This document shows positions 38,259 through 49,321 of a stretch of 64,000 bases of DNA, piece by piece. The stretch comes from Candidatus Moraniibacteriota bacterium (GTDB taxonomy: Bacteria > Patescibacteriota > Minisyncoccia > Moranbacterales > UBA1568). Both the position numbers and the translations under genes were made by a program. A model generated the notes under the pieces. It worked only from the letters and a program-made list of their open reading frames with translations, was not told the origin of the DNA and did not search any database. The DNA lies in the NCBI GenBank assembly GCA_037201605.1, contig JBBCGM010000001.1:67310-131309 (forward strand), written 5' to 3'. Within the stretch, counting starts at the first letter, position 1, and each line of letters begins with the position of its first letter.

Positions 38259-38529
38259 ATGTACTTCTTCCAAAGAACTTTTTCCCTCTCGTGCGACCAT
38301 TCCATTTAAGACGAGATGGTCTCTCCGGAGCCGCCCGCAGGACTACCCCTCTACGATGCTCCGATGTACTTTTTCTAAAAAATCTGCCTGCCTAAACCCA
38401 TTTCGAGGCAAACTTTCCGCAGTCTACCCAAAAGAGGGCTTCTGGTCAATTCTCAGGTCAGATCCCCCTGAGAAAGGCAGAACCCGGGATTATCCCGGGT
38501 TACGCCCCTATCTTTGTTTTCCCCAAAAA

Positions 38530-38820
38530 CTATTTTACCGCTTCTTTAAGAGTCTTGCCAGCCGTAAACTTCGGCACGGTCATAGCAGGAATGGTGATTT
38601 TGGCTTTGGTCTGAGGATTGATGCCCTCGCGAGCCGCGCGATTGGATACCTTGAAGGTTCCGAAGCCGGTGAGAGTCACTTTGTTCCCGCGGCGAAGTTC
38701 GTTGGTTACTTCGTCGATCATGCACTCAATGACGGCCTCGATATCGCGTTTCGAGAGCTCAGTCTTTTCCACGATATTGTGGACGAGCGTTTCCTTATTG
38801 ATGTTTTGCATGCATCTCAC
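38530..38820 (-). CDS. hup: DNA-binding protein HU (start probably the Met at about 38811)
   Basis: MQNINKETLVHNIVEKTELSKRDIEAVIECMIDEV ... GFGTFKVSNRAAREGINPQT. Confidence 0.8.
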   Translation of the reverse strand: MRCMQNINKETLVHNIVEKTELSKRDIEAVIECMIDEVTNELRRGNKVTLTGFGTFKVSNRAAREGINPQTKAKITIPAMTVPKFTAGKTLKEAVK

Positions 38821-38926
38821 CTGCCTTTCTAGTTTTAGCCTTCCTAGCTCTTGCCAGAAAGCAAGGTATTCCTCCTGGGCGCCATTTTAAGCCATTTTAT
38901 CCGGAAATGCAAGACAGAATCCCTTG

Positions 38927-40455
38927 CTAGCGGGCATATTCGATGGCTCGGGTCTCGCGAAAGACATTCACCTTGATTTCGCCCGGGTACTTCAATTCTT
39001 CTTCAATCCGCTTGGCCACCTCGCGGGCAAGCTTCATGGCACCGTAGTCGTCCGTCTTTTCGGGATTGACGAAGATGCGCACCTCGCGGCCGGCCTGGAT
39101 GGCATAGGACTTCTCCACCTCGGGGAAGGTATTGATAAGCGCTTCCAGCTCCTGCAAACGCTTGATGTACTTCTCAGCCGTTTCCTTGCGTGCGCCGGGG
39201 CGAGCCGCCGAGAGCGCGTCGGCTGCCGTTACGATAAAGGCTTCGATGGTTTCGTGGGGATATTCGTCGTGGTGGCACTTCATGCCGTCAATCACTGCCT
39301 GGCCCACGCCGAATTTTTCCAGGATGCGCATGCCGATTTTCACGTGCGTACCCTCGATTTCATGATCAACTGCCTTGCCGATGTCGTGCAGAAGCCCTGC
39401 CTTCTTGGCAACAGCGACGTCGGCACCGAGTTCTGCTGCTAAAGCACCAGCCAGAAACGAGACTTCGAGCGAGTGAAGAAGGACGTTTTGCTTGTAGCTA
39501 TAGCGATAGCGCAGACGCCCGAGGATGTAGAGAAGTTTGGGATGCAAGCCCGCAATCCCCGCATCAAACGCGGCCGCTTCGCCAGCTTCTTTAATCTTCT
39601 GGTCAATTTCTCTCTTCGCTTCTTCAACGGCTTCCTCAATGCGGGCCGGATGGATGCGACCGTCCGAAATCAGCTTTTCAAGGGCGATCCTGGCAATCTC
39701 GCGGCGCACCGGATCAAAGGCGGAGATAATGACCGACTCAGGCGTATCGTCGACGATCAGCTCCACGCCCGTCTCTTTTTCGAGCGAGCGGATATTGCGT
39801 CCTTCCTTGCCGATGATTTTCCCCTTCACCTCGTCCGAGGGAATAGCGACCGTAGTCGTAGTAAACTCCGAAACATGCGAACGCGAATACTTCTGGATCA
39901 CCGTTGCCATGACATCGAGCGAGCGGCGTTCCAGGGTTTCATGGGCATCATGCTCGAGTTTCGTCATGCGCTTCACCAGCGCTTCCTTGCTCTCATCCTC
40001 CACCAAGCGGAAGAGTTCGGTCTGGGCAGCATCACGCGAAAAACTGGAGAGCTTCTCGAGCCTCTCCATCTCTTCCTGCTTCAAGGCCTCCGTTTCGGTT
40101 TCAAGCGTCCCGAATCTGGTCAGCTTTGGAAAGCAGCCGTTTTTTCTCGTTTTCCGTTCTGTTGGTAAAGGGACTCGGCCTGCTCTTCGCGCTTGTCGAT
40201 ACGCTCCTCTTTGACGTGGAGCTTTTCCTCGCGCAGTTTTTCCTCTTTTTTGGCGTTCTCAAGAAGAAGAGCTGCCTCTTCTTTGGCCTTTTTTTCAGTG
40301 TCTTCGGCTTTCTTTTTCGCCTCTTCGAGCAGGCTCGCTACCTGACCCTCAGCCGTTGAGAGCTTTTTTTTGGCAATGTTCTGACGGACGAAATATCCTA
40401 CCGTGAGGCCGACAATAAGGCTGAAAAGGGCGAAACCAAGTGTTTGCAGATCCAT
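38927..40455 (-). CDS. rny: ribonuclease Y (N-terminal TM/coiled-coil piece 40120..40455 in another frame)
   Basis: KH domain IIGKEGRNIRSLEKETGVELIVDD; HD domain HSLEVSFLAGALAAELGADVAVAKKAGLLHDIGKA; N-terminal TM plus KKAEEEA coiled coil. Confidence 0.75.
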
Positions 40456-40680
40456 AGGTGTAATCTGCCTGAATCCAGAGCCAGGGAAGAGAGAGAAAAA
40501 CGCTCAAAAAGGGCGCGGCGCGCGTCCCGGGAAACCATCTCGCTTTCAAGGAAATTCTGGAACATGCAGGAGATAAGGTAATTTATTCTGTACTTGCATG
40601 ATACGCCGAGAGGACCGCTTCTGTCAAAAACAAGCCAAAAATGCTATCATAAGCGCGTATTCGTTTCGTAAAAACCAAAA

Positions 40681-42250
40681 ATGTACCGTCCCGTCGTACT
40701 CGTCGTTCTCGACGGCTGGGGGTTGAGCAACAGCGTTTCCGGCAACCGATCCGCGAGGCTGTCCTGCCTACTTTCCAGAAACTCAACCGCTACACCCCAT
40801 GGCTGCCCTCCAGGCTTCCGGTATCTCGGTCGGCCTGCCATGGAACACTGCCGGCAACAGCGAAGTCGGCCATATGACCATGGGCGCCGGTCGCGTCATC
40901 TACCAGAACATGCCGCGCATCTCGCTCGCCATCCAGGACGAGAGCTTTTTCCGCAATGAGGTCCTCCTGGAAGCAGTCGAGAGTGCGCGCAAGAACGGGA
41001 AGAGCCTTCATCTGATGGGCCTCATAAGTTCCGGATCGGTGCATTCCTACAAAGACCACCTCACGGCTCTCTTGCGCCTGGCAAAGGAGCAGAACTTCAC
41101 CAAAGTTTTCGTCCATGCCTTTACCGACGGCCGCGACTCAGCGCCGACGGCCGGCCTGCAGCAGATCAAGGAGCTGGTACGCCAGATGCGCCTCTTGGAG
41201 GTGGGAGAGCTCGCCAGTCTCTCGGGACGCCACTATTCCATGGATCGCAATAACAACTGGGACCGTATCGAAAAAACATACCGCATGCTGACCGAAGGTG
41301 CGGTAAATCCCGTAAGCGACCCCCTTCTCCTCCTCGAACGCTCGTACGCGAAGGACGTCACCGACGAATTCATCGAACCGGTCAATATCGTTTCCGAAGA
41401 AGGCAAAGCGCCGGCCCTCATCCAAGACGGCGATTCCGTCATCTTCTTCAACTTTCGTGAGGATCGCGCGCGCGAACTGACCAAAGCCTTTGTCCAGGAG
41501 TCTTTCGACGGCTTCCAGCGTGTGAAGAAGAATCTCTTTTTCGTCACGATGACCGAATACGAACAGGGACTCGGGGGTGTGCACATCGCCTTCCCGCTCC
41601 AGGACATTCATCACGGACTCGGAGAAACTCTCAGCCAGCACGGCAAAAAACAGCTGCGCCTTGCAGAGACGGAGAAATACGCCCACGTCACCTACTTCTT
41701 TAACGGAGGCAAAGAAAACCCCTGGCCGGGCGAAGACCGCCTGCTTATCCCGTCGCCTTCCGTGCCCCACTTTGACATGGTGCCCGAGATGAGTTCGCCC
41801 GCCATCACCAGCACGCTCGTAGAAAAGCTCCGCGAAGGCGCGTACGACTTTATCCTCGTCAACTACGCCAATCCCGACATGGTGGGCCACACCGGCAATG
41901 AAGAGGCTTCCATTGATGCCGTCGAGGCGACCGACAAGAGCCTCTCAATCCTCATTCCCGAAATCCTCAAGGCCGGCGGCTGCGCCATCATCACGGCCGA
42001 TCACGGCAATGTCGAGGAGCTCAAGAAGGCGGCTACCGGCGAAGTCGATACGGAACATTCCACCAATCCTATCCCGCTCTGGTATCTGACACCCGACAAC
42101 CAGCGCGAAAAATCCGCAGAGGAAGTGAACCGCGAAGAAAACGAAGTAAACGGACTGCTCTCAGACGTCGCGCCCACCATCTTGGAAATTATGAATATCC
42201 CGCGTCCCACTGAAATGAACGGCACCAGCCTTATGCCGCTCTTGGAATAG
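40681..42250 (+). CDS. gpmI: 2,3-bisphosphoglycerate-independent phosphoglycerate mutase (N-terminus in a different frame)
   Basis: N-terminal MYRPVVLVVLDGWGLS in 40681..; main ORF 40799..42250 carries SGSVHSYKDHL ... ITADHGN iPGM signatures. Confidence 0.8.
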
Positions 42251-42264
42251 TCTGTTGCTGAGAA

Positions 42265-42327
42265 AAAGAAAAAGCCCGGCGCAACAGTTACGTTGCTCCG
42301 GGCTTTTAGGTTTTGCGCGTTGCGCGA
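42265..42327. terminator. 63-bp terminator module, copy 1 (bidirectional hairpin gcccggcgcaac-agttac-gttgctccgggc flanked by A/T runs); exact duplicate at 43343..43405
   Basis: exact 63-bp repeat read from both copies; ends gpmI on the plus strand and the 42331..43149 gene on the minus strand. Confidence 0.6.
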
Positions 42328-42330
42328 AAA

Positions 42331-43149
42331 TTACTTCTTGTCTTTTGCCTTGCTGCGCGGTTCGGTCTTGTGGCTCGAACCCTTCACAGGCTGAGTATCA
42401 AGCCGACGCTGGCGATTTTCCTGCACCCGTGCCGAGGGACGATGCTTGCGACGCGGGCCACGATGACCGTCGGTCGTCACGCCCATGCGCTCCAGACGCT
42501 CCTCGGCCGAGTGGTCATCGGCGGGCGAGAACCTGCGCCGCGCGGCCATCTGGTCGAGATATTCGCGCTGGCGCACGACGAGCTTCTCGACACGACCGTA
42601 GAGATCGTCACCGAGAATATTGCGCGTCGTGCCGCCGAACGATTCGGTAAGCACCGCGAGCAGGCGCTCGAGACGCGGCTGATAGAGCGCCGCGGTGACG
42701 AGCGTGGTCATCGCCTTGGCGACGAAGAATTGGTCGCGATCCGAAAGGCCGATGATCTCGCTCGCGAGATATTCGATACCCTGGTCGACAATGCGGTGGA
42801 TCTCATCTTTGTTCTGAGCGGCGCGTGCATGCGCAATGCCGTCGAAAAAGGTCGTAATCTTGTTTGAGCGAGCCGTGCGGCGCCGGCGCTCCTCATCACG
42901 CTGCTCTTGGAGCTGTGCGTGTTGCGTAGTGAGCGCCGCTGCCTGATCACCGAGCGAAATTTCTTCCTGAGGCTGTGAAACGAGCGTGAGCATACCGATT
43001 CTCCCATATAGAGCGCTGAAGCGCAGATTAAACAGAGTTTCCCTCCGTATTCCGAAGGGGTACGCTTGCGTATAACCAGAGGTTGTCCGCAAGCGACCCT
43101 TTCGGACTCTTCGAATGAGCCAAAGGCTGAATATCGAATTTTTAAACAA
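42331..43149 (-). CDS. hypothetical protein with basic Arg/Lys-rich C-terminus (true start probably the Met at about 42993)
   Basis: ORF as called starts at the predicted transcription start site; internal Met MLTLVSQPQ gives a plausible 5' UTR. Confidence 0.4.
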   Translation of the reverse strand: MFKNSIFSLWLIRRVRKGRLRTTSGYTQAYPFGIRRETLFNLRFSALYGRIGMLTLVSQPQEEISLGDQAAALTTQHAQLQEQRDEERRRRTARSNKITTFFDGIAHARAAQNKDEIHRIVDQGIEYLASEIIGLSDRDQFFVAKAMTTLVTAALYQPRLERLLAVLTESFGGTTRNILGDDLYGRVEKLVVRQREYLDQMAARRRFSPADDHSAEERLERMGVTTDGHRGPRRKHRPSARVQENRQRRLDTQPVKGSSHKTEPRSKAKDKK

Positions 43150-43155
43150 CTTAAC

Positions 43156-43184
43156 ATTATACTCCTAAATTATGTTTTTGTCAA
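43156..43184 (-). promoter_or_regulatory. consensus sigma70-type promoter TTGACA-N17-TATAAT on the minus strand
   Basis: minus-strand read GCTATTGACAAAAACATAATTTAGGAGTATAATG. Confidence 0.5.
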
Positions 43185-43342
43185 TAGCAATAGGGTAAGC
43201 CTATTAAAAGCCCTAATTAAAGCAAAAAGTGCCTTTTCAAGCGGGGATCGGCTTGTCTTAGGGATTGATGCTTGAAAAATCCGCAAAGACAGCTTATTTG
43301 TTGAGCAACTAGTGATACCCCCTTGCGAGCAAGTTCAAGATT

Positions 43343-43405
43343 AAAGAAAAAGCCCGGCGCAACAGTTACGTTGCTCCGGGCTTTTAGGTTTTGCGCGTTG
43401 CGCGA
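43343..43405. terminator. 63-bp terminator module, copy 2
   Basis: identical to 42265..42327; stop codon of the 43407..43943 gene is 2 nt away. Confidence 0.6.
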
Positions 43406-43406
43406 G

Positions 43407-43943
43407 TTATTCGGCCGCGAGGAGCTCCTGGTCGGAAGCGGGTTTGCGAGCCCTCGGACGCCGGCGATCCTTGACGTCACCGGTTTCAGCAGCCTTGCGA
43501 GCGCGCTTGCCGCCGGGGCGAACCGCTTTGGGCAGCTTGACCGGGGGCAGTTCGGGAAGGATGGTCAGAGATTGATCGGCGTCCGACTTGGCAGGCTCTT
43601 CGCATTTGAGGAAGCGCGACCAGGCGGAGAGCCGATGCCGAATTGTCTGAGACGGCACATCCGCGCCATAGGCGGTCAAGAGAGCGGCGCGAAGATCCTC
43701 GAAGCGATCCTGGCGAAATACCAGGAAACGGTCGAGGAGGTTTTCTGCGATCACATTGATCGCCTCGGCCGGCACTTCATAATCGTGCAGAAATGCGATA
43801 TCTGAATCGATGACGTCGCCTGCGAGCCAGCGAATGCGTCTCAGTTCGGTGCTGTTCGGCTCCGGCGCCGCGACCTTGAGGCTGTGGATGTATGCGAGGT
43901 CCCGGGATGCCTTCTCCAGATAATTTGCGGAATTGAACTTCAT
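43407..43943 (-). CDS. hypothetical protein with basic C-terminus (RRRPRARKP)
   Basis: 178 aa; same promoter and terminator modules as its neighbour but a different coding sequence. Confidence 0.4.
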   Translation of the reverse strand: MKFNSANYLEKASRDLAYIHSLKVAAPEPNSTELRRIRWLAGDVIDSDIAFLHDYEVPAEAINVIAENLLDRFLVFRQDRFEDLRAALLTAYGADVPSQTIRHRLSAWSRFLKCEEPAKSDADQSLTILPELPPVKLPKAVRPGGKRARKAAETGDVKDRRRPRARKPASDQELLAAE

Positions 43944-44045
43944 TTTCAGTCTCCCTTCTCTTCGTTGATACTCCGCTTTTCAGGAACTCTCCCGAATAGT
44001 GGGGTACCAACGATGCAGAGGATGCCATTTGTTAAATAACCTGCC

Positions 44046-44074
44046 ATTATACTCCTATTTTCTCATTTTGTCAA
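44046..44074 (-). promoter_or_regulatory. second consensus promoter TTGACA-N17-TATAAT on the minus strand
   Basis: minus-strand read GCTATTGACAAAATGAGAAAATAGGAGTATAATGG; about 85 bp of upstream similarity to the 43156 copy. Confidence 0.5.
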
Positions 44075-44160
44075 TAGCTGAAAAATGCCTCCGAAAGCTT
44101 TAGGTAAAGCAAAAACCGCCATTCTTGGCGGTTTTTGGCTTGTTTCAAGGAATATATCCC

Positions 44161-44757
44161 TTACTTGATAATCTTATCGGCGAGGCCGTATTTGACGGCT
44201 TCTTCGGCTGCCATAAAGTAGTCGCGCTCGGTATCCTTTTCGATCTTGGCAAGCTTTTGGCCGGTATGCTTGGCCAGGATGTGGTTCAGGCGGTCGCGGG
44301 TCTTCAGGATGTGGCGGGCATGAATCTCGATTTCCGTCGCCTGGCCCTCGGCGCCGCCCAAGACCTGATGAATCATCACTTCGGAATTCGGGAGCACGAA
44401 GCGCTTACCTTTGGCTCCGGCGGAGAGCAGAAGCGCGGCAGCAGAAGCCGCCATGCCGATACAGATGGTTTCAACAGCCGGGCCTACGTACTGCATGGTG
44501 TCGTAGATCGCGAGTGCGGCCGACACCGATCCTCCGGGACTGTTGATATAGAGCTTGATATCCTCTTTGGCGTTTTGCGACGCCAGGAAGAGGAGCTGTG
44601 CAATGATGGCGTTCGCCACGCCGTCATCGATGGGCGAACCCAGGAAAATGATGCGGTCCTTGAGCAGGCGCGAGTAGATGTCGTAGGCGCGCTCGCCGTA
44701 CGGCGTTCCCTCTACCACCATGGGGACCAAGTAGTTGTTGCGGATATCTTTTGCCAT
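44161..44757 (-). CDS. clpP: ATP-dependent Clp protease proteolytic subunit
   Basis: [23 protein letters not shown] ... [14 protein letters not shown] ... [11 protein letters not shown]. Confidence 0.9.
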   Translation of the reverse strand: MAKDIRNNYLVPMVVEGTPYGERAYDIYSRLLKDRIIFLGSPIDDGVANAIIAQLLFLASQNAKEDIKLYINSPGGSVSAALAIYDTMQYVGPAVETICIGMAASAAALLLSAGAKGKRFVLPNSEVMIHQVLGGAEGQATEIEIHARHILKTRDRLNHILAKHTGQKLAKIEKDTERDYFMAAEEAVKYGLADKIIK

Positions 44758-44764
44758 AAGCGTT

Positions 44765-46057
44765 TTACATTTTTTCTAGAGTGTCGAGAGCTTCCTGGTT
44801 GAGCAGTTGGCCCTTGACGGCCGTGTAGAGGCGCGGCAGATCGATTTTCTTTTCGGCCTCCTTGGTCGTTTTATAGTAACCCAAGGTCTTATTCATTTCA
44901 GCTTCAACCGCCTCTTGATCGACTTCGAGCTCTAGGCTCTCTGCGACCGCTTCCAGGACGAGGTGAGCGCCTAGGCGCTTCTTGGCCTGCGGCTCCCACT
45001 CTTTTTTCAGATCCTCTTCGCTTTTATTCATCTGATTGAGCATGGTTGCAAGATCCATACCCATCATGCGCGCCTGACTATCGAATTCGCGCAGCATGCG
45101 CCCGAGTTCTTCTTCGATAAGCGACACGGGGTATTCAATCTCGGCGCCATCGAGCAGCGCATCCAGAATGCGGGTGCGTCGCGCTTCCTTGTCGCGGACC
45201 TGCGCTTCTTCCTGAATGCCGGTTTTCAGATTGGCTTTCAGAGCTTCCAGGGTTTCAAAGCGCCCCACGCTCTTGGCAAAATCGTCATTCAACTCCGGCG
45301 TTTCTTTTTCCTGAACCGCGCGCAGCGTCACGGTGAATTCAGCGGGCTTGTCTGCAAGGTGCTTGGCATGGTATTCGGCCGGAAAGGCAAGGGTAAAGGT
45401 CTTTTCTTCGCCAGCCTGCATGCCGATAATCTGCTCTTCGAAACCAGGAATGAAGGCGCCGCTCCCCAAAATGAGCGGGTGATTCTCGGCCTTGCCGCCT
45501 TCGATGATGGCTCCCGCTTGGCGAACGACAAAATCAACAAGCGCCGTATCGCCGTTCTGTGCCGGACGGTTCACCGTAATGAGCGCCGCGCGCATGTCGG
45601 CCAAACGCTTGAGCTCTGTCTCTACTTCTTCCTCTTTTACTTCTGTCTTTTCTGAGGCATTTTCTTTGTTGGCCCGCTGTACCGCTTTCTTCCAACCGGA
45701 AGCAAGCTTGGCTTTGGGCATAACGTCAGTCGTAACAGTAAGCGTAAGCGCTTCTCCCTCTTTGACAGCACCAAGCTCTACCTGCGGACGGCCCAGGGCA
45801 TCGATCTTGCTCTCGGCAAGCGCCTTCGGGTACACGTGGCTTACGGCATGCTCAGCCGCTTCGGCAAGCAACGCTGCCTTGCCGACGCGCTGCTCGACCA
45901 CTTCTGCCGGCACCTTGCCTGCCCGAAAGCCGCTGATCTTGAGCTCTTGCCCCAGGTGTTCGGCAGCGTGCTGAAGCTCTCCCTTCCATTCTTCCCAGGG
46001 AAGAGAGATAGAGAGTTCGACACGAGAATTCGAGAGGTTCTTTACAGAAACATCCAT
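44765..46057 (-). CDS. tig: trigger factor
   Basis: 430 aa; N-terminal ribosome-binding domain, FKBP-like middle and C-terminal domain, typical layout; lies between clpP and ppa. Confidence 0.8.
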   Translation of the reverse strand: MDVSVKNLSNSRVELSISLPWEEWKGELQHAAEHLGQELKISGFRAGKVPAEVVEQRVGKAALLAEAAEHAVSHVYPKALAESKIDALGRPQVELGAVKEGEALTLTVTTDVMPKAKLASGWKKAVQRANKENASEKTEVKEEEVETELKRLADMRAALITVNRPAQNGDTALVDFVVRQAGAIIEGGKAENHPLILGSGAFIPGFEEQIIGMQAGEEKTFTLAFPAEYHAKHLADKPAEFTVTLRAVQEKETPELNDDFAKSVGRFETLEALKANLKTGIQEEAQVRDKEARRTRILDALLDGAEIEYPVSLIEEELGRMLREFDSQARMMGMDLATMLNQMNKSEEDLKKEWEPQAKKRLGAHLVLEAVAESLELEVDQEAVEAEMNKTLGYYKTTKEAEKKIDLPRLYTAVKGQLLNQEALDTLEKM

Positions 46058-46081
46058 AACGGAAATCAGATTTACAGGAAT

Positions 46082-46627
46082 TTAAGCGCCTTCTTTGGCG
46101 TCAGGATACTTCTCACAATAGAGAGCGATACCCTTTTTGACCGCCTCGATGGCAGCATCACGCCCCTCAAAGCCATTCACTTCTACCGTCTTGTTTTCGA
46201 TAGTCTTATAGGTCTCGAAGAAATGCTGGATTTCTTTGATCGTGTGCTTGTTGATATCAGCGAGATCCTTGATCTCATCGAAGCGGGGGTCGCTCTTGGG
46301 TACGGCAATAACTTTGTCATCGCCTTCGCCGCCGTCAATCATGCGCATGACTGCCACCGGGCGAGCCTCCACCAAGATGCCGGGAGCGAGCGGGTATGTG
46401 GTCAAGAGCACGATATCGAGAGCATCACCGTCTTCCCAAAGCGTTTGCGGTACGAAACCGTAGTCAAAGGGGTAGTCCTGCGCCGTTTTCATGGCGCGGT
46501 CGAGCTTGATGAGGCCCGTCTCCTTGTCGATCTCGTACTTGTTCTTGGTACCCTTGGGACATTCGATGATGGTGTGCACGATTTCGGGTGCGTCGTGCCC
46601 TGCAGAAAGGTCATGCCAGAGATTCAT
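46082..46627 (-). CDS. ppa: inorganic pyrophosphatase
   Basis: 181 aa; EDGDALDIVLL and DDKVIAV family-I PPase signatures. Confidence 0.85.
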   Translation of the reverse strand: MNLWHDLSAGHDAPEIVHTIIECPKGTKNKYEIDKETGLIKLDRAMKTAQDYPFDYGFVPQTLWEDGDALDIVLLTTYPLAPGILVEARPVAVMRMIDGGEGDDKVIAVPKSDPRFDEIKDLADINKHTIKEIQHFFETYKTIENKTVEVNGFEGRDAAIEAVKKGIALYCEKYPDAKEGA

Positions 46628-46653
46628 AGGTGTGAACTTTAATACAACACGAT

Positions 46654-48003
46654 TTATTTTTCCTCTGTTTCTTGTTCAGTCTCTCCCGCCTCTTCGGCTG
46701 GGGCTTCAGCGACTGCTTCTTCAGTCACAGCTCCTTCGGCTTCTGCCGGAGACTCCTGGATGGATTCATCGGTAATAGCTTGAACTGCTTCATCAACTGC
46801 CTCCACTTCTTCTTCGGCAGGTATTTCTTCTTCGTTGGCCGGACCCATGACGTCGAGTTTCCAGCCGGTAAGTTTGGCTGCAAGCCGGACGTTCTGGCCG
46901 CGTTTGCCGATAGCAAGAGAGAGTTGGTCTGTTGGAACCGTTACCTCAGCACGCTTCTCGTCTTCATAGAGTTTGACGCCAAGTACTTTGGCAGGCGAAA
47001 GAGCAGCCGAAATGAATTTGGCCGGATCGCTCTGCCACTCGATAATATCGATCTTCTCGCCGCCGAGCTCATCGATAATAGCCTGAACGCGCGTACCCTT
47101 CTGGCCGACGCACGAGCCGATCGGATCCACCCCTTCCTCATCGGAAAAGACGGCGATCTTGGTGCGGGAACCCGCCTCACGGGCGATCTCTTTGATCTCG
47201 ACCGTGCCGGCGAAAATCTCGGGTACTTCGAGCGTAAAGAGGTGACGCACCATCTCCGGGTGCGTGCGGGAAAGCAGGAGACCGGGACCCTTGGTGTCGG
47301 ATTCAACGCGTACCAGGTAGACCTTGATATGCTGGCCGATGCGGTAGTTCTCACCCTCGATCTGCTCGGAAGGGAAGAGTATCCCGACTGATTTCCCCAG
47401 GTCGATGAAGACATTTCGTCCTTCTACGCGCTGAATCGTGCCGTTCACGACTTGGCCTTCTTTTTCCTTGTATTCTTGGAACATCGTCTCGCGCTCCGCT
47501 TCTCGGATACGCTGGATGATGACTTGTTTGGCAGTCTGAGCCGCTACGCGGCCGAAATCTTCGTAAGCGGGAAGTTCCGTCTCAATCGTTTCGCCCAGTT
47601 TGGCGCCTTTGCGCACGGCCTTGGCATCCTCGAGCGTGATATCGCGTTCAGCATTGTAGCGCGGCAGGCGTTCTTCGCCGTCTTCGCTTACTTCTGGAGT
47701 AGCAGGCTCAATTCCTTCCTCTTCTTCGCTTTCTTCAACGAACTCGCGAGTACTCTCGTCCACCACTTCCTTGACGAGGAAGAACTTAGCCGTCTTGATG
47801 ACATCGTCAAATTCAGCCCGAATCACTTGGCCCTTCTTACCGTAGTCTTTCTTGTACGCGGCAGCGAGGGCTGCCTCGACCACCTCCAAGACGTTCTCCT
47901 TGGAAAGGCCTTTTTCGTCAGCCAGCTGCATGACAGCGCTTCCGAATTCGCCTAGGCGCCCGGACAGGTTTTCGCTCTCCTGTGCTACCTTCTTCTTTGG
48001 CAT
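46654..48003 (-). CDS. nusA: transcription termination/antitermination factor NusA
   Basis: N-terminal domain, S1 and two KH domains (IGSCVGQKGTRVQAIIDELGGEKIDII; LAIGKRGQNVRLAAKLTGWKLDV); acidic C-terminal tail. Confidence 0.85.
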   Translation of the reverse strand: MPKKKVAQESENLSGRLGEFGSAVMQLADEKGLSKENVLEVVEAALAAAYKKDYGKKGQVIRAEFDDVIKTAKFFLVKEVVDESTREFVEESEEEEGIEPATPEVSEDGEERLPRYNAERDITLEDAKAVRKGAKLGETIETELPAYEDFGRVAAQTAKQVIIQRIREAERETMFQEYKEKEGQVVNGTIQRVEGRNVFIDLGKSVGILFPSEQIEGENYRIGQHIKVYLVRVESDTKGPGLLLSRTHPEMVRHLFTLEVPEIFAGTVEIKEIAREAGSRTKIAVFSDEEGVDPIGSCVGQKGTRVQAIIDELGGEKIDIIEWQSDPAKFISAALSPAKVLGVKLYEDEKRAEVTVPTDQLSLAIGKRGQNVRLAAKLTGWKLDVMGPANEEEIPAEEEVEAVDEAVQAITDESIQESPAEAEGAVTEEAVAEAPAEEAGETEQETEEK

Positions 48004-48192
48004 AGTTTTCTAAAAATGGCTTAAATATGGGCTGAGAGTAAAAGAAAAGCCCGCTTGCGCGAACTTGCATACTCTCTCATAGCGGTACGGGTACAGTATA
48101 GGGCCTTTTTGACCCCTTGTCAATATGGTCTGGGTAACAAAAACGGCGCCGATGGAAAGATTTCCACCGACGCCGTGAGTTCCTTCTCCGTG

Positions 48193-49290
48193 TTAGGAGG
48201 AGAATTTGAAGGCCATTTTCTGAGGCTCAATCTTGCGACCCTGATCTCGAGGCCCGAAAGCCCAGGATAGGATTACGCAACCGTCCTCCGCCACCCGAAC
48301 CTTTTCGGTTGTCAGATGTCCATTGAGTCGTGCCCATTGAGCGAGGTCGAAAGTTCCCTTGTCGATGGTGACATAGGCTATAGGGACTTCGACAGAATAT
48401 TCGCCAGGACGGATACCACAAAGCTTGTCTGGTCGAAGATGCGTGATGCGTCTCTCAACCGTTTTGCGATATCCGAGACCTCCGAGAAGACCATGCTCAT
48501 CTTTTTCTTCTGAAAGATTGGCAAGAAAGAGATGGTCTTCGTTGGTAAGCGTGCCATTGGCAGCTTTCTCGAGAAGCGGGCGAGCTTTGCGAACTTGTTC
48601 GGCATCACGATGCTTGCGCATCGCTTCGCCGATTTCCGCTCGAAGCTCGTCCTGCGGATGAAACACCTTGTATGCCGCTAGCAATGAACCCGTAAGGGAG
48701 GATGCGATGACTGCTCGCGTCAGCCAGCGATAGACGAAGTCCGACTTGCTAAACAGAAAGGCCCACAGGCCGAGCGCGGGCAAGAGGACGAAGAGAGGCA
48801 GCAATGCTCCCGGCTGCTTAATCGGATAGATGCCCAGAAGGACGAAAGTGACGATGGTAACAAGCGCGATATGTGCCATCACGCGCACGAACCATCCGAC
48901 ATGGTAGAGTCCCTGACCGAGCACGTTCTCCTTGCGGATATTGGGCAGGTACCACTCCTTGGAGCCGATACGCAGAATGCGATTAAGCTCAATGTCAGGT
49001 AGTCCCATAAACATACCGAAACCGAAAAAGTGGAGCAGAAGTACAGGGTGTCCCGCTGTATAAACGAGTACTACCAGATACCCCAACGCGATCGCGAAGT
49101 TTGCACCAGGGTAGCCGATCGAGTTGATCCACACACCAAAGCCTAATGTTCCGAATAAGACTATAAGCGCGATGAGGAAGGCCCTGGTATAAGCTCGACT
49201 CACACGCACGAGCCATTGCTCAGCTGTCAGTCCCATGCTACGCAGCAGAAAGCCGAAGCTTTCACCTAGCGTTATCGATGATTCCTTCAT
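48193..49290 (-). CDS. polytopic membrane protein with soluble C-terminal domain
   Basis: at least 6 hydrophobic helices; C-terminal domain also present as a truncated paralog at 50070..50503. Confidence 0.45.
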   Translation of the reverse strand: MKESSITLGESFGFLLRSMGLTAEQWLVRVSRAYTRAFLIALIVLFGTLGFGVWINSIGYPGANFAIALGYLVVLVYTAGHPVLLLHFFGFGMFMGLPDIELNRILRIGSKEWYLPNIRKENVLGQGLYHVGWFVRVMAHIALVTIVTFVLLGIYPIKQPGALLPLFVLLPALGLWAFLFSKSDFVYRWLTRAVIASSLTGSLLAAYKVFHPQDELRAEIGEAMRKHRDAEQVRKARPLLEKAANGTLTNEDHLFLANLSEEKDEHGLLGGLGYRKTVERRITHLRPDKLCGIRPGEYSVEVPIAYVTIDKGTFDLAQWARLNGHLTTEKVRVAEDGCVILSWAFGPRDQGRKIEPQKMAFKFSS

Positions 49291-49321
49291 TTGCGTTTTC
49301 CTTTCCGAATCCCAAATAGCT

